Shown here: positions 30,585-40,817 of the stretch, in pieces | How the letters are laid out: the number at the start of each line of letters is the position of its first letter | Numbering within the stretch: position 1 is the first letter of the stretch | From: Promethearchaeia archaeon | GTDB taxonomy: Archaea; Asgardarchaeota; Lokiarchaeia; Sigyniarchaeales; SOKP01 | NCBI GenBank assembly: GCA_029856125.1 | Contig: JAHQWJ010000120.1 | Location: forward strand, 64,001 to 128,000 | DNA: 64,000 nucleotides | Direction of reading: 5' to 3' | Notes under the pieces: generated by a model | Seen by the model: the letters and a program-made list of their open reading frames with translations, nothing else | Database searches by the model: none | What the model was told of the DNA's origin: nothing | Translations under genes and position numbers: made by a program

Positions 30585-31376
30585 TCATTTGCCAATAAAC
30601 TCTGGTTCTTTTTTATCGTTAATAGCAAACACGCCAATCTTAAAATCTTGCGTTTCTGCTGATTTGATCTGCATTTGTCGTTCGTTTTCAAGATGTTCTA
30701 TCAATGGTCCGCTTAAAGCATCGAAAAAAAGTTTTTTCGTCCGCGCATATGTTAATGTTGGACCACTAGCTAATTTAGTTGCCATCTCATTGGCTCGTTC
30801 TAGTAATCTCTCTGGGTCAACAACTTCATTTACGAGACCTAGTTTAAGCATGTCATCTGCTGTATATGTATCGCCGAAAAATGCCATCTCAGTTGCTTGT
30901 TGCCATGTTAATTGACGGCTAAGAAGCATAGTTCCAGCAAATCCTGGAATTAACGCAAGCTTGCTAAATGATTGTCTAAATTTCGCTTTATTTGAAGCTA
31001 TAATTAAATCACAAGAGAGCGCAAGATTCATTCCCGCTCCTACAGCCCATCCATTTACAGCTGCTACTATGGGTTTTGGATATTGACGTAAAACAAGCGC
31101 AATTGTATAGAGACTTTTCAATAATTCGTCCATATATTCACCTGGTCTCCCCTGTTCAATACTTTCCTTAAAAGCTTTTATATCTCCACCCGCGGAAAAA
31201 GCTTTTCCAGAACCAGTAATCATCAAGCATCTCACATTTTCGTCATCCCTAAGCCTTTCTAAAACTTCAAGTAACTCTTTTCCCATCTCTTGATTTAAAG
31301 GATTGTAATTTGCTGCATCGTTGAGAACAATATTTGCAACCTTTCCATCTATATCTATTTTAACTTTTCTCTCCAA
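30585..31376 (-). CDS. Enoyl-CoA hydratase/isomerase family protein (paralog of 25985..26776)
   Basis: Crotonase motifs; TTG start 6 nt after GGAGTGA. Confidence 0.92.
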   Translation of the reverse strand: MERKVKIDIDGKVANIVLNDAANYNPLNQEMGKELLEVLERLRDDENVRCLMITGSGKAFSAGGDIKAFKESIEQGRPGEYMDELLKSLYTIALVLRQYPKPIVAAVNGWAVGAGMNLALSCDLIIASNKAKFRQSFSKLALIPGFAGTMLLSRQLTWQQATEMAFFGDTYTADDMLKLGLVNEVVDPERLLERANEMATKLASGPTLTYARTKKLFFDALSGPLIEHLENERQMQIKSAETQDFKIGVFAINDKKEPEFIGK

Positions 31377-31388
31377 GTTTAATCACTC

Positions 31389-32606
31389 CTATTTACCCCA
31401 CATTCTGATCATTTCTCTTGTAATAAGATATCTCATAATTTCTGATGTACCTGCTGATATTTGCCCGATTTTAGCATCTCTATAATATCGTTCTAGTGGG
31501 TATTCTTCAGTATATCCCAAACCACCAACAACTTGAATCGCTTCTTGTGTAATTCGTACAGTGGCATCAGCTATATTAGTTTTCAATGCTGCAACTGTTG
31601 CTCTACAGTAATGACCATCATCAAGCATTCGCGCAATTTGCACCATTGCTATTCGATTTAATTCTATATCCATGAACATTTCGGCAAGTTTAAAGTTAAT
31701 TCCTTCCATCTTATACAATGTTTTTCCAAATTGTTCACGTTTATGCGCATATCGGTAAGCAATTTCAAACGCGCTTCTTGCTAAACCAACGTATTGAGAT
31801 GCTGTAAAAGTACGTTCACCATCTAATCCATAAAGTAGCACATCAAGGCCTTCATTTTCCTTGTGAAGTATATTTTCAACAGGGACTTTACAATTGGTAA
31901 ATCTTAAATGCGAGTTTGGCATTCCTCTCCTTCCCATATGCTTATAATCCTTAACCACTTCGAATCCCGGTGTAACTGTCTCAAAAATAAAGGCAGTTAT
32001 TCCTTTGTGTGGTCTCACCTGATCATTGGTAATAGTATATAAGCATAAGTAATCTGCTACACTTCCATTTGTAATGAAGCATTTTTCACCATTTAAGATA
32101 TAATGATCACCATCTCGGATTGCTCTCAATCTCATTCCACCAATTGCATCAGAACCACCTGTTGGCTCTGTAATAGCAATTGCACCGAGTTTTGATCCAT
32201 CTCCTATACCAGATAAGTATTTTTTTTTCTGTTCAGAGGTACCAAATTCAATAACAGGTCCAGCAAAAAGGCACGATGAAGCTCCAAAAACACCCGCTAA
32301 GGCATAACTAAAAGCAGTTAATTCCTCTCCTAAAATAGTGCGATAAAGTATCGCTTTACCTTGACCTCCGGCTTCTTTTGGAATGGTCATATTAAGATAT
32401 GGCATTTTCCTTAAAGTCTTTATAGCTAATTCCTTATCTCTGTTTCTATCTATATGTTCTGCGACTGGAGCAACATTTATTTCACACCATTCACGAACTT
32501 CCATTCTAAAATCGTTTTCTTCTTTCGAATAAAAATGCAACCTATTTGGCATACAAGAATATCCAAACTTTAATTCCAAGTCTTCAAAATGTATGTGTCC
32601 CGACAT
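31389..32606 (-). CDS. Acyl-CoA dehydrogenase
   Basis: ITEPTGGSD, LNGEKCFITNG, LDGER, REQFG, GG.GY..EYPLERYYRDAK..QI.AGT.EI. Confidence 0.94.
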   Translation of the reverse strand: MSGHIHFEDLELKFGYSCMPNRLHFYSKEENDFRMEVREWCEINVAPVAEHIDRNRDKELAIKTLRKMPYLNMTIPKEAGGQGKAILYRTILGEELTAFSYALAGVFGASSCLFAGPVIEFGTSEQKKKYLSGIGDGSKLGAIAITEPTGGSDAIGGMRLRAIRDGDHYILNGEKCFITNGSVADYLCLYTITNDQVRPHKGITAFIFETVTPGFEVVKDYKHMGRRGMPNSHLRFTNCKVPVENILHKENEGLDVLLYGLDGERTFTASQYVGLARSAFEIAYRYAHKREQFGKTLYKMEGINFKLAEMFMDIELNRIAMVQIARMLDDGHYCRATVAALKTNIADATVRITQEAIQVVGGLGYTEEYPLERYYRDAKIGQISAGTSEIMRYLITREMIRMWGK

Positions 32607-32664
32607 AATTCAATAATTAAATATCAGTCATAACTTTTTAATTTCTTTTTTTTTGTCTATCTAA

Positions 32665-32678
32665 TTTACTTTAGTAAA
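32665..32678. promoter_or_regulatory. Palindromic operator candidate TTTAC-TTTA-GTAAA
   Basis: 59-72 nt upstream of the acyl-CoA dehydrogenase ATG. Confidence 0.6.
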
Positions 32679-32988
32679 ATTAGAATTCATCTTAAAATAG
32701 GTTTTTAGGTATAGATCTCTCGCTATGCTATGATGTTATGACGAGAAGAGATACAAATTATGAATTCAAATTACGATTCAATATTATCATTTTCAAACAT
32801 TGCATCTTTATTAGGTTTTGATGGATCGAATTTTTCAGTTAGGTTAACCTATGAAATTAGTAAAATTAACTTGGGTTACCATATAAGATCTTAAGATTAC
32901 TTACGTAGAATATGCTTCTTCATTTAGATTATTTAAATTTAAAGTATGACTAGTATTGAAATAAATCAAAAATAAGAAAAAGGGATTA

Positions 32989-34041
32989 ATGATGTCTATT
33001 GTTGATTCATCAAAAATAAAACGAGTTGAAATTCTTGAAATACTTGAATCTCATCAAAATTTCCAAACTCAAGTCAATGAAGCCTTTTTTATAGCTGTAA
33101 CTTATACACTTGATGATTACATACCGATTTGGAATAAAGTAAGTGTTTTAAATCAACGATGGCTTAAAGGAGAAAATGTGAAAATTACGCTATCTATGAA
33201 AGAGAAGTTACTTTTAGCAGAACATCTTAGATTTTATATGGAATATAGTGCGGATTATTTGGAAAAGTTATCTCCAATTCCAAAAGATGCTATAAGAAAA
33301 CCAGTAAAAGCCAATAATGTGCCTTGCGAATGGTTTTTCCATAATGGAGCAAAAGAAGATCGAGTTATCTTATATTTTCATGGAGGTGGTCACATTATGG
33401 GGTCTTCTAATAGTCATAAGTTATTTACATTGAAATTAGCAAGAATAACTAATATGAAGGTTTTAAGTATAAACTATCGTCTTGCTCCAGAGGAACCTCA
33501 TCCGGCAGCCTTAGAAGATTGTGTTTCTGTTTACAAATGGCTTCTCTCCTCGGGATATCAATCTAAAAACATTATTATCGCCGGAGACTCTGCAGGAGGT
33601 TATTACACGCTATTAACTTTACTCAAACTACGGGATGATAGAATCTCGTTACCTGCAGGAGCAATATGTCTTTGTCCATCTACAGATTTGGCACTAACTG
33701 GCGAGTCTCTAACAAAAAATTGTTCCACTGACATTATTTTAGGCGATTTAGGGTATATCTGGTGGGTTGATTCTAATTTAGCAGGCAGGAATCCTTTTGA
33801 TGCCACATTTTCTCCTCTTTATGCTGATTTAAAAAGCTTACCTCCCATTTTGCTTCAAGTAAGTACAAGTGAAATGCTGTTTGATGATTCCAAAAGATTT
33901 TTTGAGCTAGCTAAGAAGGCAGGGGTTGATATTTCAATGCAAACCTGGGATAACACCATACACGTATTTCAAAATACCGATTTACCTGAAGCAGAGGAAG
34001 CAATGGAAAAAATTAAAAAATTCACAGAAAAATTCTTTTGA
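32989..34041 (+). CDS. Alpha/beta hydrolase (HSL-family esterase/lipase)
   Basis: HGGG, NYRLAPE, GDSAGG, HVFQ. Confidence 0.92.
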   Translation: MMSIVDSSKIKRVEILEILESHQNFQTQVNEAFFIAVTYTLDDYIPIWNKVSVLNQRWLKGENVKITLSMKEKLLLAEHLRFYMEYSADYLEKLSPIPKDAIRKPVKANNVPCEWFFHNGAKEDRVILYFHGGGHIMGSSNSHKLFTLKLARITNMKVLSINYRLAPEEPHPAALEDCVSVYKWLLSSGYQSKNIIIAGDSAGGYYTLLTLLKLRDDRISLPAGAICLCPSTDLALTGESLTKNCSTDIILGDLGYIWWVDSNLAGRNPFDATFSPLYADLKSLPPILLQVSTSEMLFDDSKRFFELAKKAGVDISMQTWDNTIHVFQNTDLPEAEEAMEKIKKFTEKFF

Positions 34042-34073
34042 ATCAAGAGACTTGTGAAAATTCAATAAAAAGA

Positions 34074-34910
34074 CTACTCATCCAAGTATGTGGTCCATTC
34101 TGGTTTTAGTATATAAAATTGATCAATTGCATCCCGCATAGTTTTTCGACAAATTTCAATTTCTCTGATTGTGGGTGGTTCAACTTCTTTCACCTCTTTA
34201 GCAACATTTAGTTCCCAATCAGTTTTTTCTTTTACCTGCTCTATAGTAACATTTGGATGTAAAGCGTCCAGATACGCTTCTTTGGTCACGGAATCAAAAC
34301 GCATAATGCAAAGAGGTGAGATTATAGCTTCAGGGCCCGTATCAGGGGGGTATCCTGCTTTAATTCGACTATCGTAGCCTTTTAAATATCCAGGATCGGT
34401 GATAAAATCCAATTTTTTAATAAATCTACGTTTTGAATGGTCATCTACAAGATAGATCACTCTTTTTGATAAACCTGCGATTTCCGTAGCTCCACCGCCT
34501 CCTGGTAATCGATAAATTGGCTTTTGATAAGGTCCAATTACAGTGGTATTGCAGTTTCCATACTTATCAATACTAGATGTACTTAGTAGTGCCAGAGTGA
34601 CTTCGCCACGTTGAAGAACTGATAAAGCATCAATAGAATCTCCGATAAACAATGAATTTGGGATTAAAACCGGATCACTAATCGAATATGGAAGTTTATC
34701 GGGTTTAGGAAGCTCGTCCTGAAACAAGCCAACTTCTAATACGGTGAAAAGATTTGGGGCATGAAGTAATTTTGCCATATGAACCGCGAGAAACGGCCAA
34801 TGAAAAGCATTAAATACAATATCTTCATCTTTAATCTGTCTACATGCTGAGACTAACATCATCTCAAAGCTGGTATATTCCTTACAATATATTTTTTCAT
34901 CAGTATCCAT
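34074..34910 (-). CDS. Family I CoA-transferase beta subunit (glutaconate CoA-transferase-like)
   Basis: HAPNL..VLE.G, IDKYGN.NTTVIG, RLPG.GGA, DFITDPG. Confidence 0.88.
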   Translation of the reverse strand: MDTDEKIYCKEYTSFEMMLVSACRQIKDEDIVFNAFHWPFLAVHMAKLLHAPNLFTVLEVGLFQDELPKPDKLPYSISDPVLIPNSLFIGDSIDALSVLQRGEVTLALLSTSSIDKYGNCNTTVIGPYQKPIYRLPGGGGATEIAGLSKRVIYLVDDHSKRRFIKKLDFITDPGYLKGYDSRIKAGYPPDTGPEAIISPLCIMRFDSVTKEAYLDALHPNVTIEQVKEKTDWELNVAKEVKEVEPPTIREIEICRKTMRDAIDQFYILKPEWTTYLDE

Positions 34911-35811
34911 AGTCGACAGCTCCTTGTATAAGGCTTTTTGCTTTTAATTTTGATATTTTTTCAGTTCCTAACACTTTCAAATATTCTTCTCGATCATCTA
35001 CCCCAGTGACCCATTTTTCAAGCCAATTTTCCCAATCTTCTACTGTTTTAGTTTCTTTAGCATAATTAAATCTATATTCTAAATCGGTGTAATAAAAGCC
35101 TTGCACGTAGCTAGGATGACCTCCCCAAGGTTCATGCACAACCGCATCAACTTTACTTGCCGACACAATTGTACGTTCGGGAGATTCCATAATTATTTTT
35201 TTATCTACAATTTCCTCTGCTGCAACAATTATTTTTTTACAAGAATTAATACCAAACTTTGTATCACCGATTAATCCCCACATTTGTGCATTACCTTCAC
35301 TATCTGACCTCTGTACCTGGATAACTCCAACATCGGGATTTATAGCGGGAACAACACAAAGTTCTTCTCCAGTAAAAGGACATTCCATTACAGCTGCTTT
35401 TAATCCAACTTCTTTAGGATGATCGTAAATATCAGTCCCAACAATTGAACGAATCGGCATAAAAGGTACACCCATATAACCAGCAAAAAAAGACATATTG
35501 ATCATAAAGAGTGATTGCTCGTTATAGATTACCTTTTGAGGTATTCCTTCCTCTACGGCTCTCTTAAGATTCCAAGCTGGTTGTGGACCATGTGGATTCC
35601 AGCAATGTGATGTAATTATTTGATCCGTGACTCCTGCTCCTATTAATTGATCAAACAGCATTCCCCCACTACATTTACATACCTTAAGATTCTTTATATT
35701 TTGTCTTATAATCTCATGAGCTGCGGAAAATGGAATACCATTAGAAAATCCACCTAAAAAAACTAAATCATTGTTATAAACAGATTTCTTTATTGCCTCT
35801 TCCATAGTCAT
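34900..35811 (-). CDS. Family I CoA-transferase alpha subunit
   Basis: P.SAAHEIIRQ, DQLIGAG, CPFTGE...VPAINPDV, AEEIV, GGHPS; likely start ATA 35829 or ATT 35826. Confidence 0.88.
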   Translation of the reverse strand: MTMEEAIKKSVYNNDLVFLGGFSNGIPFSAAHEIIRQNIKNLKVCKCSGGMLFDQLIGAGVTDQIITSHCWNPHGPQPAWNLKRAVEEGIPQKVIYNEQSLFMINMSFFAGYMGVPFMPIRSIVGTDIYDHPKEVGLKAAVMECPFTGEELCVVPAINPDVGVIQVQRSDSEGNAQMWGLIGDTKFGINSCKKIIVAAEEIVDKKIIMESPERTIVSASKVDAVVHEPWGGHPSYVQGFYYTDLEYRFNYAKETKTVEDWENWLEKWVTGVDDREEYLKVLGTEKISKLKAKSLIQGAVDYGY

Positions 35812-35879
35812 TATTTTATTGGGAATTATTTTTACACCTCCTAATTTTAATAAATAATCATAAAAAAATGCTTAGATAT

Positions 35880-37046
35880 TTATTTTTTATAGCTCCTTTT
35901 AATAAGGTTATTTATTTCTTCAAGATTAGGAACCTTAGGATGAAACTTATAGTTAGGGATTTCAAGTGTATCATCACCTATTTTTTTTAGATCTCCTTCA
36001 GAAACCTTTTTATCCTCTAAGCTTATCCACAATCCAATTTTCTTCAAGAATTTCTCTATTTCAATACACGCTTGTTCTGCGGCTGCAACATCAGATTCAT
36101 TTATTAGCTTTGGGTTTAATAATCTTCCAACAGTTGCATATTTTTGGATAGCATGCTTCCAAGTCCAACGGTTTATTTCAGGATACATTATCGCCAGAGC
36201 CTCTCCATGCATAATATTTGAATTATTCCCACCTATAGACATACCTATTGCATGAAAAAGTGTGGTCCCAACATTTGTTATGCAAATTCCTCCAAATGTG
36301 CTAGCCATAGAAAGTGCTTCCCTTGCTTCTTTATTTGATGTATCTTTAATAACGATCGGTAAATACTTAATTACCATTTTTAAAGAATCCATAGCAATCA
36401 AATCGACTAAATATGTTGAAAATTTATTCAAATAACTTTCAAATAAATGGCAAAAAACATCAAAACCAGTCACAGCTGTAATATATGGAGGGACTGTCAT
36501 TGTAGGTTCAGGATCAACGATACTAACCTTTGGGCATAAAGACCAATCTGCAAGCACAGACTTTAATTTTTGTTTGGAATTTTTGATAACTGCCACGCTT
36601 GTGATTTCAGCTCCAGTTCCTGAAGTAGTTGGAATGGTAACAATTGGCAATAATTTTTTACTGTTAATACGCTTTTGCCTTAATCGATAATCCCATATAT
36701 CTCCTTCATGAGTGGCACCAACCGCAATACTTTTAGCAGTATCAATGCTCGAACCACCACCAACGCCTAATATAACATCAATGTTGTTTTTGATAGCCAT
36801 TTTAGAAGCGAGATTTATAGAGTCTGTAGTTGGATTGGGAATGACTCCATCAAAATGAAATACTTCGACTCCTGCTTCATTACATAGTGTTATAACTTTT
36901 TCAAACAATGGTTTCATTGCAGGAAAGGGTTTGACTGTAACTAAAAGACATTTTTTTCCTAAACGCGAAATAACTTTCCCAATTTCATTCACACGACCCC
37001 AACCGTATCTAATACTCGTTGGTAAATAATAATTAAAATTTTTCAA
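35880..37046 (-). CDS. Iron-containing alcohol dehydrogenase
   Basis: GGGSSIDTAK, PTTSGTGAE, D...H..E, H.....HG. Confidence 0.92.
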   Translation of the reverse strand: MKNFNYYLPTSIRYGWGRVNEIGKVISRLGKKCLLVTVKPFPAMKPLFEKVITLCNEAGVEVFHFDGVIPNPTTDSINLASKMAIKNNIDVILGVGGGSSIDTAKSIAVGATHEGDIWDYRLRQKRINSKKLLPIVTIPTTSGTGAEITSVAVIKNSKQKLKSVLADWSLCPKVSIVDPEPTMTVPPYITAVTGFDVFCHLFESYLNKFSTYLVDLIAMDSLKMVIKYLPIVIKDTSNKEAREALSMASTFGGICITNVGTTLFHAIGMSIGGNNSNIMHGEALAIMYPEINRWTWKHAIQKYATVGRLLNPKLINESDVAAAEQACIEIEKFLKKIGLWISLEDKKVSEGDLKKIGDDTLEIPNYKFHPKVPNLEEINNLIKRSYKK

Positions 37047-37146
37047 AATTTCCCCTCATAATTATCTTTATCATTATTGAATTCAGTCATAAATTAATAA
37101 TGATTATATGAAATTGATATTAATTATTTTCTTTATAAAATTAATA

Positions 37147-37160
37147 TTTACTATCGTAAA
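37147..37160. promoter_or_regulatory. Palindromic operator candidate TTTAC-TATC-GTAAA
   Basis: About 100 nt upstream of the Fe-ADH/CoA-transferase operon, next to a TTTATAAA box. Confidence 0.55.
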
Positions 37161-37208
37161 AATGGCTAATCTTGTTTAATTTCAAAAATTTGAAATTGAG
37201 AAAAAAAA

Positions 37209-38744
37209 TCATACTCTATACATAAAAGGAAGTTCTTCCATTGCTAACCTTTCAGTTCGTAATGGATCTTTCTCTAATTTAATATCCTCGCCAAATAATA
37301 ATGTATCTCTATTATCTATACTATAAGTAGGCCACGGAGGGATTTCATTGTGATTTGGGTTACCTGATCTTGCGAAAGAAATCCAAGAATCCATCATTAG
37401 CTCAGAAATTTTTGAATTAATTTCATCCCTCTTAGGGTAAACCCCAAATTCAGTATCATCTAAAGTTCCAAATACAAAAGGAATTTCGAGTGCGTGAGTG
37501 GCTCCATAATTTCCTCCTAGTACAGGAGTTTTATAAGTAAATAAATACATATATGTATTGTTATTATGCTTTGCTTGTGCCTCAGCTACTCTTATAGAGG
37601 GATACCGAAAAGTAAAATCCGTGGATAAGGCATTCAATACCTCAAATGGGTTATTTCTAGAGTGTTTATAGGAATTAATAAGTTTTTCAACTTGCGTTTT
37701 GTCTAAATCTAAAGTACTTAAGCTTGTTTTTATAAATTCAGTTAAATTATCCCAATCAATATGTTGCAATTTTGGAGTCAACATTGAAAAGAATGTCCAC
37801 TCATTAAGATTGGTTCCAATTAACAAATCTACATTCTTTGACGATCCTTTACTAATTGATAGTAGGGGATGTTCTGGTACCTTATTTTCATCAACAGTTG
37901 GAGGATAACCTATCCAAACTCTCTTTTCCCAATTTTCTAATCTTATTTTGTTTTCTTTTTTAATCAATTTTTCAACAGAGATTTTGCGCATAGCATCAAT
38001 GTCACCCGGTTTTATTCCCAGTCTTGAAAATAAAGTCTTAGTAGCTAATATTCCACCTTCGGGGTTATTACCTTGAGGATCCAGAGCTCCACTTTGACAT
38101 ATTGCCCTACGAATGAACGGCTTAGCAGCGGGCATTGAAAGTAATGTGCAAACAGCTGTACTTCCTGCAGATTCACCAAAAATCGTAATATTATTGGGAT
38201 CTCCACCAAAGTTTGTTATGTTATCATAATTCCATTTTAAAGCGGTGACCTGGTCCATAAAACCAAGATTTGAAACTTCATCAGGGACATATAGATTCCC
38301 TAATGCTCCTAGACGGTAATTTATTGTAATTACACAAACATCACCCCTTTGACTCAAAAATTCACCATTATAACGTGGTGATGGAGCTCCTCCGTAGTGA
38401 AACGCTCCACCGTGAATCCAGAACATTACAGGGCGTTTTTCATTATCGCATGCAGGAGTCCAAATATTTAACGTCAAACAATCCTCGCTCTGAGGATGAT
38501 ATCTTATAGATGATCCAACTACATCAGGCTGAGGGGCTATGGGACCAAATTCTGTAGCTTCGAGGATACCATCCCATGGTTCCTTTTCAACAGGGTCTCT
38601 GAAACGTAAATCACCAATTGGTGGTTGAGCGTACGGTATTCCTTTAAACACAAATAATCCATTTTCTAGACTCCCCTTTAATTTACCCGTAGTGGTTTTA
38701 ACAATATCAGTCTTTTTCATTAGCTTAAACCAAATGATTCTCAA
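37209..38744 (-). CDS. Type-B carboxylesterase/lipase (PnbA-like)
   Basis: FKGIPYA.PP.G.LRF, SEDCL.LN, WIHGG, FGESAG, ATHALE; real start likely ATG 38720. Confidence 0.93.
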   Translation of the reverse strand: MRIIWFKLMKKTDIVKTTTGKLKGSLENGLFVFKGIPYAQPPIGDLRFRDPVEKEPWDGILEATEFGPIAPQPDVVGSSIRYHPQSEDCLTLNIWTPACDNEKRPVMFWIHGGAFHYGGAPSPRYNGEFLSQRGDVCVITINYRLGALGNLYVPDEVSNLGFMDQVTALKWNYDNITNFGGDPNNITIFGESAGSTAVCTLLSMPAAKPFIRRAICQSGALDPQGNNPEGGILATKTLFSRLGIKPGDIDAMRKISVEKLIKKENKIRLENWEKRVWIGYPPTVDENKVPEHPLLSISKGSSKNVDLLIGTNLNEWTFFSMLTPKLQHIDWDNLTEFIKTSLSTLDLDKTQVEKLINSYKHSRNNPFEVLNALSTDFTFRYPSIRVAEAQAKHNNNTYMYLFTYKTPVLGGNYGATHALEIPFVFGTLDDTEFGVYPKRDEINSKISELMMDSWISFARSGNPNHNEIPPWPTYSIDNRDTLLFGEDIKLEKDPLRTERLAMEELPFMYRV

Positions 38745-38797
38745 TATTTAAGACTATTAATCAATAATTATTTTATTTATTCATTAGATTCTGCATT

Positions 38798-38811
38798 TTT
38801 ACTTATGTAAT
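38798..38811. promoter_or_regulatory. Palindromic operator candidate TTTAC-TTAT-GTAAT
   Basis: Lies in the divergent carboxylesterase/FATP-like ligase region. Confidence 0.55.
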
Positions 38812-38909
38812 TTGAGTGAATTTTATTAATTAAAATTAATTGCTTTCAAATATCAAATTAAGTACTTATTAAAAGACTAACTTTACTAAAAATAGGATGA
38901 GTTAATATT

Positions 38910-40781
38910 ATGAGGCTAAACCGAATCCCATCAAAAAAAAGTAAAAGTTATTTACCATCTAAATGGGATTTTGTTAAAGCTTGGTTCTTTTCTCGTCACG
39001 TAATTAAGCGTATGGAGAGTGTGGCTGATGAAGCTTTAGCTATAACTCCCGAATCTTATAAAAATGTTGCAATTTTAATTGAAAAACATGCTAAAGAGTA
39101 TCCAAATGATGCCGCAATTCTTTTTGAAGATAAAAGGTATACACATAAGGAATATAATGAATGGTGCAACCGGTATGCTAGTTATTTCCAAAAAAAGGTC
39201 GGGCTAAACAAAGGAGATATAGCTGTTGTTTTTATAACGAATAGGCCTGAAATGATGTTCACAATATTTGGATTGTCTAAAATAGGGGTTATTTCTTCTC
39301 TAATTAATACTAAACAAAGATCCAATCCTCTTGTGCATAGTATCAACATCGATCCTGGAAAAGTCTTCATTATTGGTGAAGAATTAATAGAAGCATTTGA
39401 AGATGTTTGTCAGGACCTTAAATTATCAGAAGAACAATCTAAACATTTATACTTTGTTCCAGATAACGGAGATATTAAAAAACCCGACGAGTTTCAGAAT
39501 TTATTGGATCTTGTTAAAAATGAAGATGTTTCCAATCCTCCATCATCAGTAACACTCCAAGCGAAAGACCCGTACGCTTACATCTTCACTAGTGGAACAA
39601 CGGGGTTACCAAAAGCAGCTATTATTACGCACGGACATACTTACGAGTGTAGTATTTACTTCGCCGATACTGTTGTTGGATTTGACCACAAGGATGTAAT
39701 ATATGTGACCACTCCTCTTTTTCATTCTCATGCTATACAAGTAGCTTATGCAGCTTCATTAAGATATGGCTCAACTATTGCATTAAGGCGTAAATTTTCT
39801 GCTAGTAATTTTTGGGATGATGCTATTAAATTTAAAGCTACTAGTTTTAATTATATTGGGGAAATTTGTCGATACCTATATAATCAACCTGAAAAACCTA
39901 CTGACCGGAAACACAATATAAAGAAAATCATAGGAAATGGTCTTAGGAATGAAATGTGGAGGGATTTCAAAAAGAGATTTGGAATTAAGGAAATATATGA
40001 ATTCTACGGTGCTACAGAAAAAAATGCTCCAAATATTGCTAATCGTTTTAATTTGAATTGTACAGTTGGTTTTACATTAAAACCATATGCAATTGTGAAA
40101 TATGATCTAGATACTAATGAACCTATTAGAGCTGAGAATGGTTATATGATAAAAGCAAAAGAGGGAGAAGCAGGACTTCTGATAGCACAAATTATCACAG
40201 ATAATTTATATATATATACCGATAAAAAAGCAGATGAAAAGAAACTTCTCAGAAATGTGTTTGAGGATGGAGATCTTTATTTTAACACAGGAGATCTTCT
40301 TAAAGAGATAGGACAGTTTAAGAAAATTTATATTTTTAATCAATTTGTCGATAGAATTGGAGATACTTTTAGATGGAAAGGGGAAAATGTATCCACTGAA
40401 GAAGTTGAGGCAGCAATTAATGAATTTGACCAAGTTGAAATTTGCTGTGTATATGGTGTACAGATTCCACATACCGAAGGTAGAGCTGGAATGGTTTCAC
40501 TAGTATCCAATTCACAATCCAAGGATTTTAATTTTACTGGATTTTATTCTATGATTCAAGAAAATTTACCAGAATATGCCGTACCAAAATTTATTCGTTT
40601 CACTCCTAATTTAAGCACAACAGCCACTCTTAAAATTAAGAAGGGTAATTTAAAAAAAGAGGCATTTAATCTTGAAGAAATAGAAGATTCTATTTATATT
40701 CTTTTACCTAACTCATCTGGATACAAATTATTAACAAAAGAAATTTATAATGGGATTTTAAACTCAAAATACAATTTTTGA
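38910..40781 (+). CDS. FATP-like (very-)long-chain acyl-CoA synthetase
   Basis: YIFTSGTTGLPKAA, KFSASNFWDD, YIGEICRYL, GNGLR, DRIGDTFRWKGENVST. Confidence 0.93.
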   Translation: MRLNRIPSKKSKSYLPSKWDFVKAWFFSRHVIKRMESVADEALAITPESYKNVAILIEKHAKEYPNDAAILFEDKRYTHKEYNEWCNRYASYFQKKVGLNKGDIAVVFITNRPEMMFTIFGLSKIGVISSLINTKQRSNPLVHSINIDPGKVFIIGEELIEAFEDVCQDLKLSEEQSKHLYFVPDNGDIKKPDEFQNLLDLVKNEDVSNPPSSVTLQAKDPYAYIFTSGTTGLPKAAIITHGHTYECSIYFADTVVGFDHKDVIYVTTPLFHSHAIQVAYAASLRYGSTIALRRKFSASNFWDDAIKFKATSFNYIGEICRYLYNQPEKPTDRKHNIKKIIGNGLRNEMWRDFKKRFGIKEIYEFYGATEKNAPNIANRFNLNCTVGFTLKPYAIVKYDLDTNEPIRAENGYMIKAKEGEAGLLIAQIITDNLYIYTDKKADEKKLLRNVFEDGDLYFNTGDLLKEIGQFKKIYIFNQFVDRIGDTFRWKGENVSTEEVEAAINEFDQVEICCVYGVQIPHTEGRAGMVSLVSNSQSKDFNFTGFYSMIQENLPEYAVPKFIRFTPNLSTTATLKIKKGNLKKEAFNLEEIEDSIYILLPNSSGYKLLTKEIYNGILNSKYNF

Positions 40782-40817
40782 TCCTTATTAATTAGAATAA
40801 CTGAAAGAATTAAGAAT

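Larger units (their letters stand above)
30577..32678 (-). repeat. Segmental duplication copy 2 (intact)
   Basis: Colinear with 25977..26968. Confidence 0.85.

Noticed and set aside
25977-32678. Composite transposon or island bounded by direct repeats
   Set aside because: No transposase, integrase or terminal inverted repeats; the repeats are diverged gene paralogs
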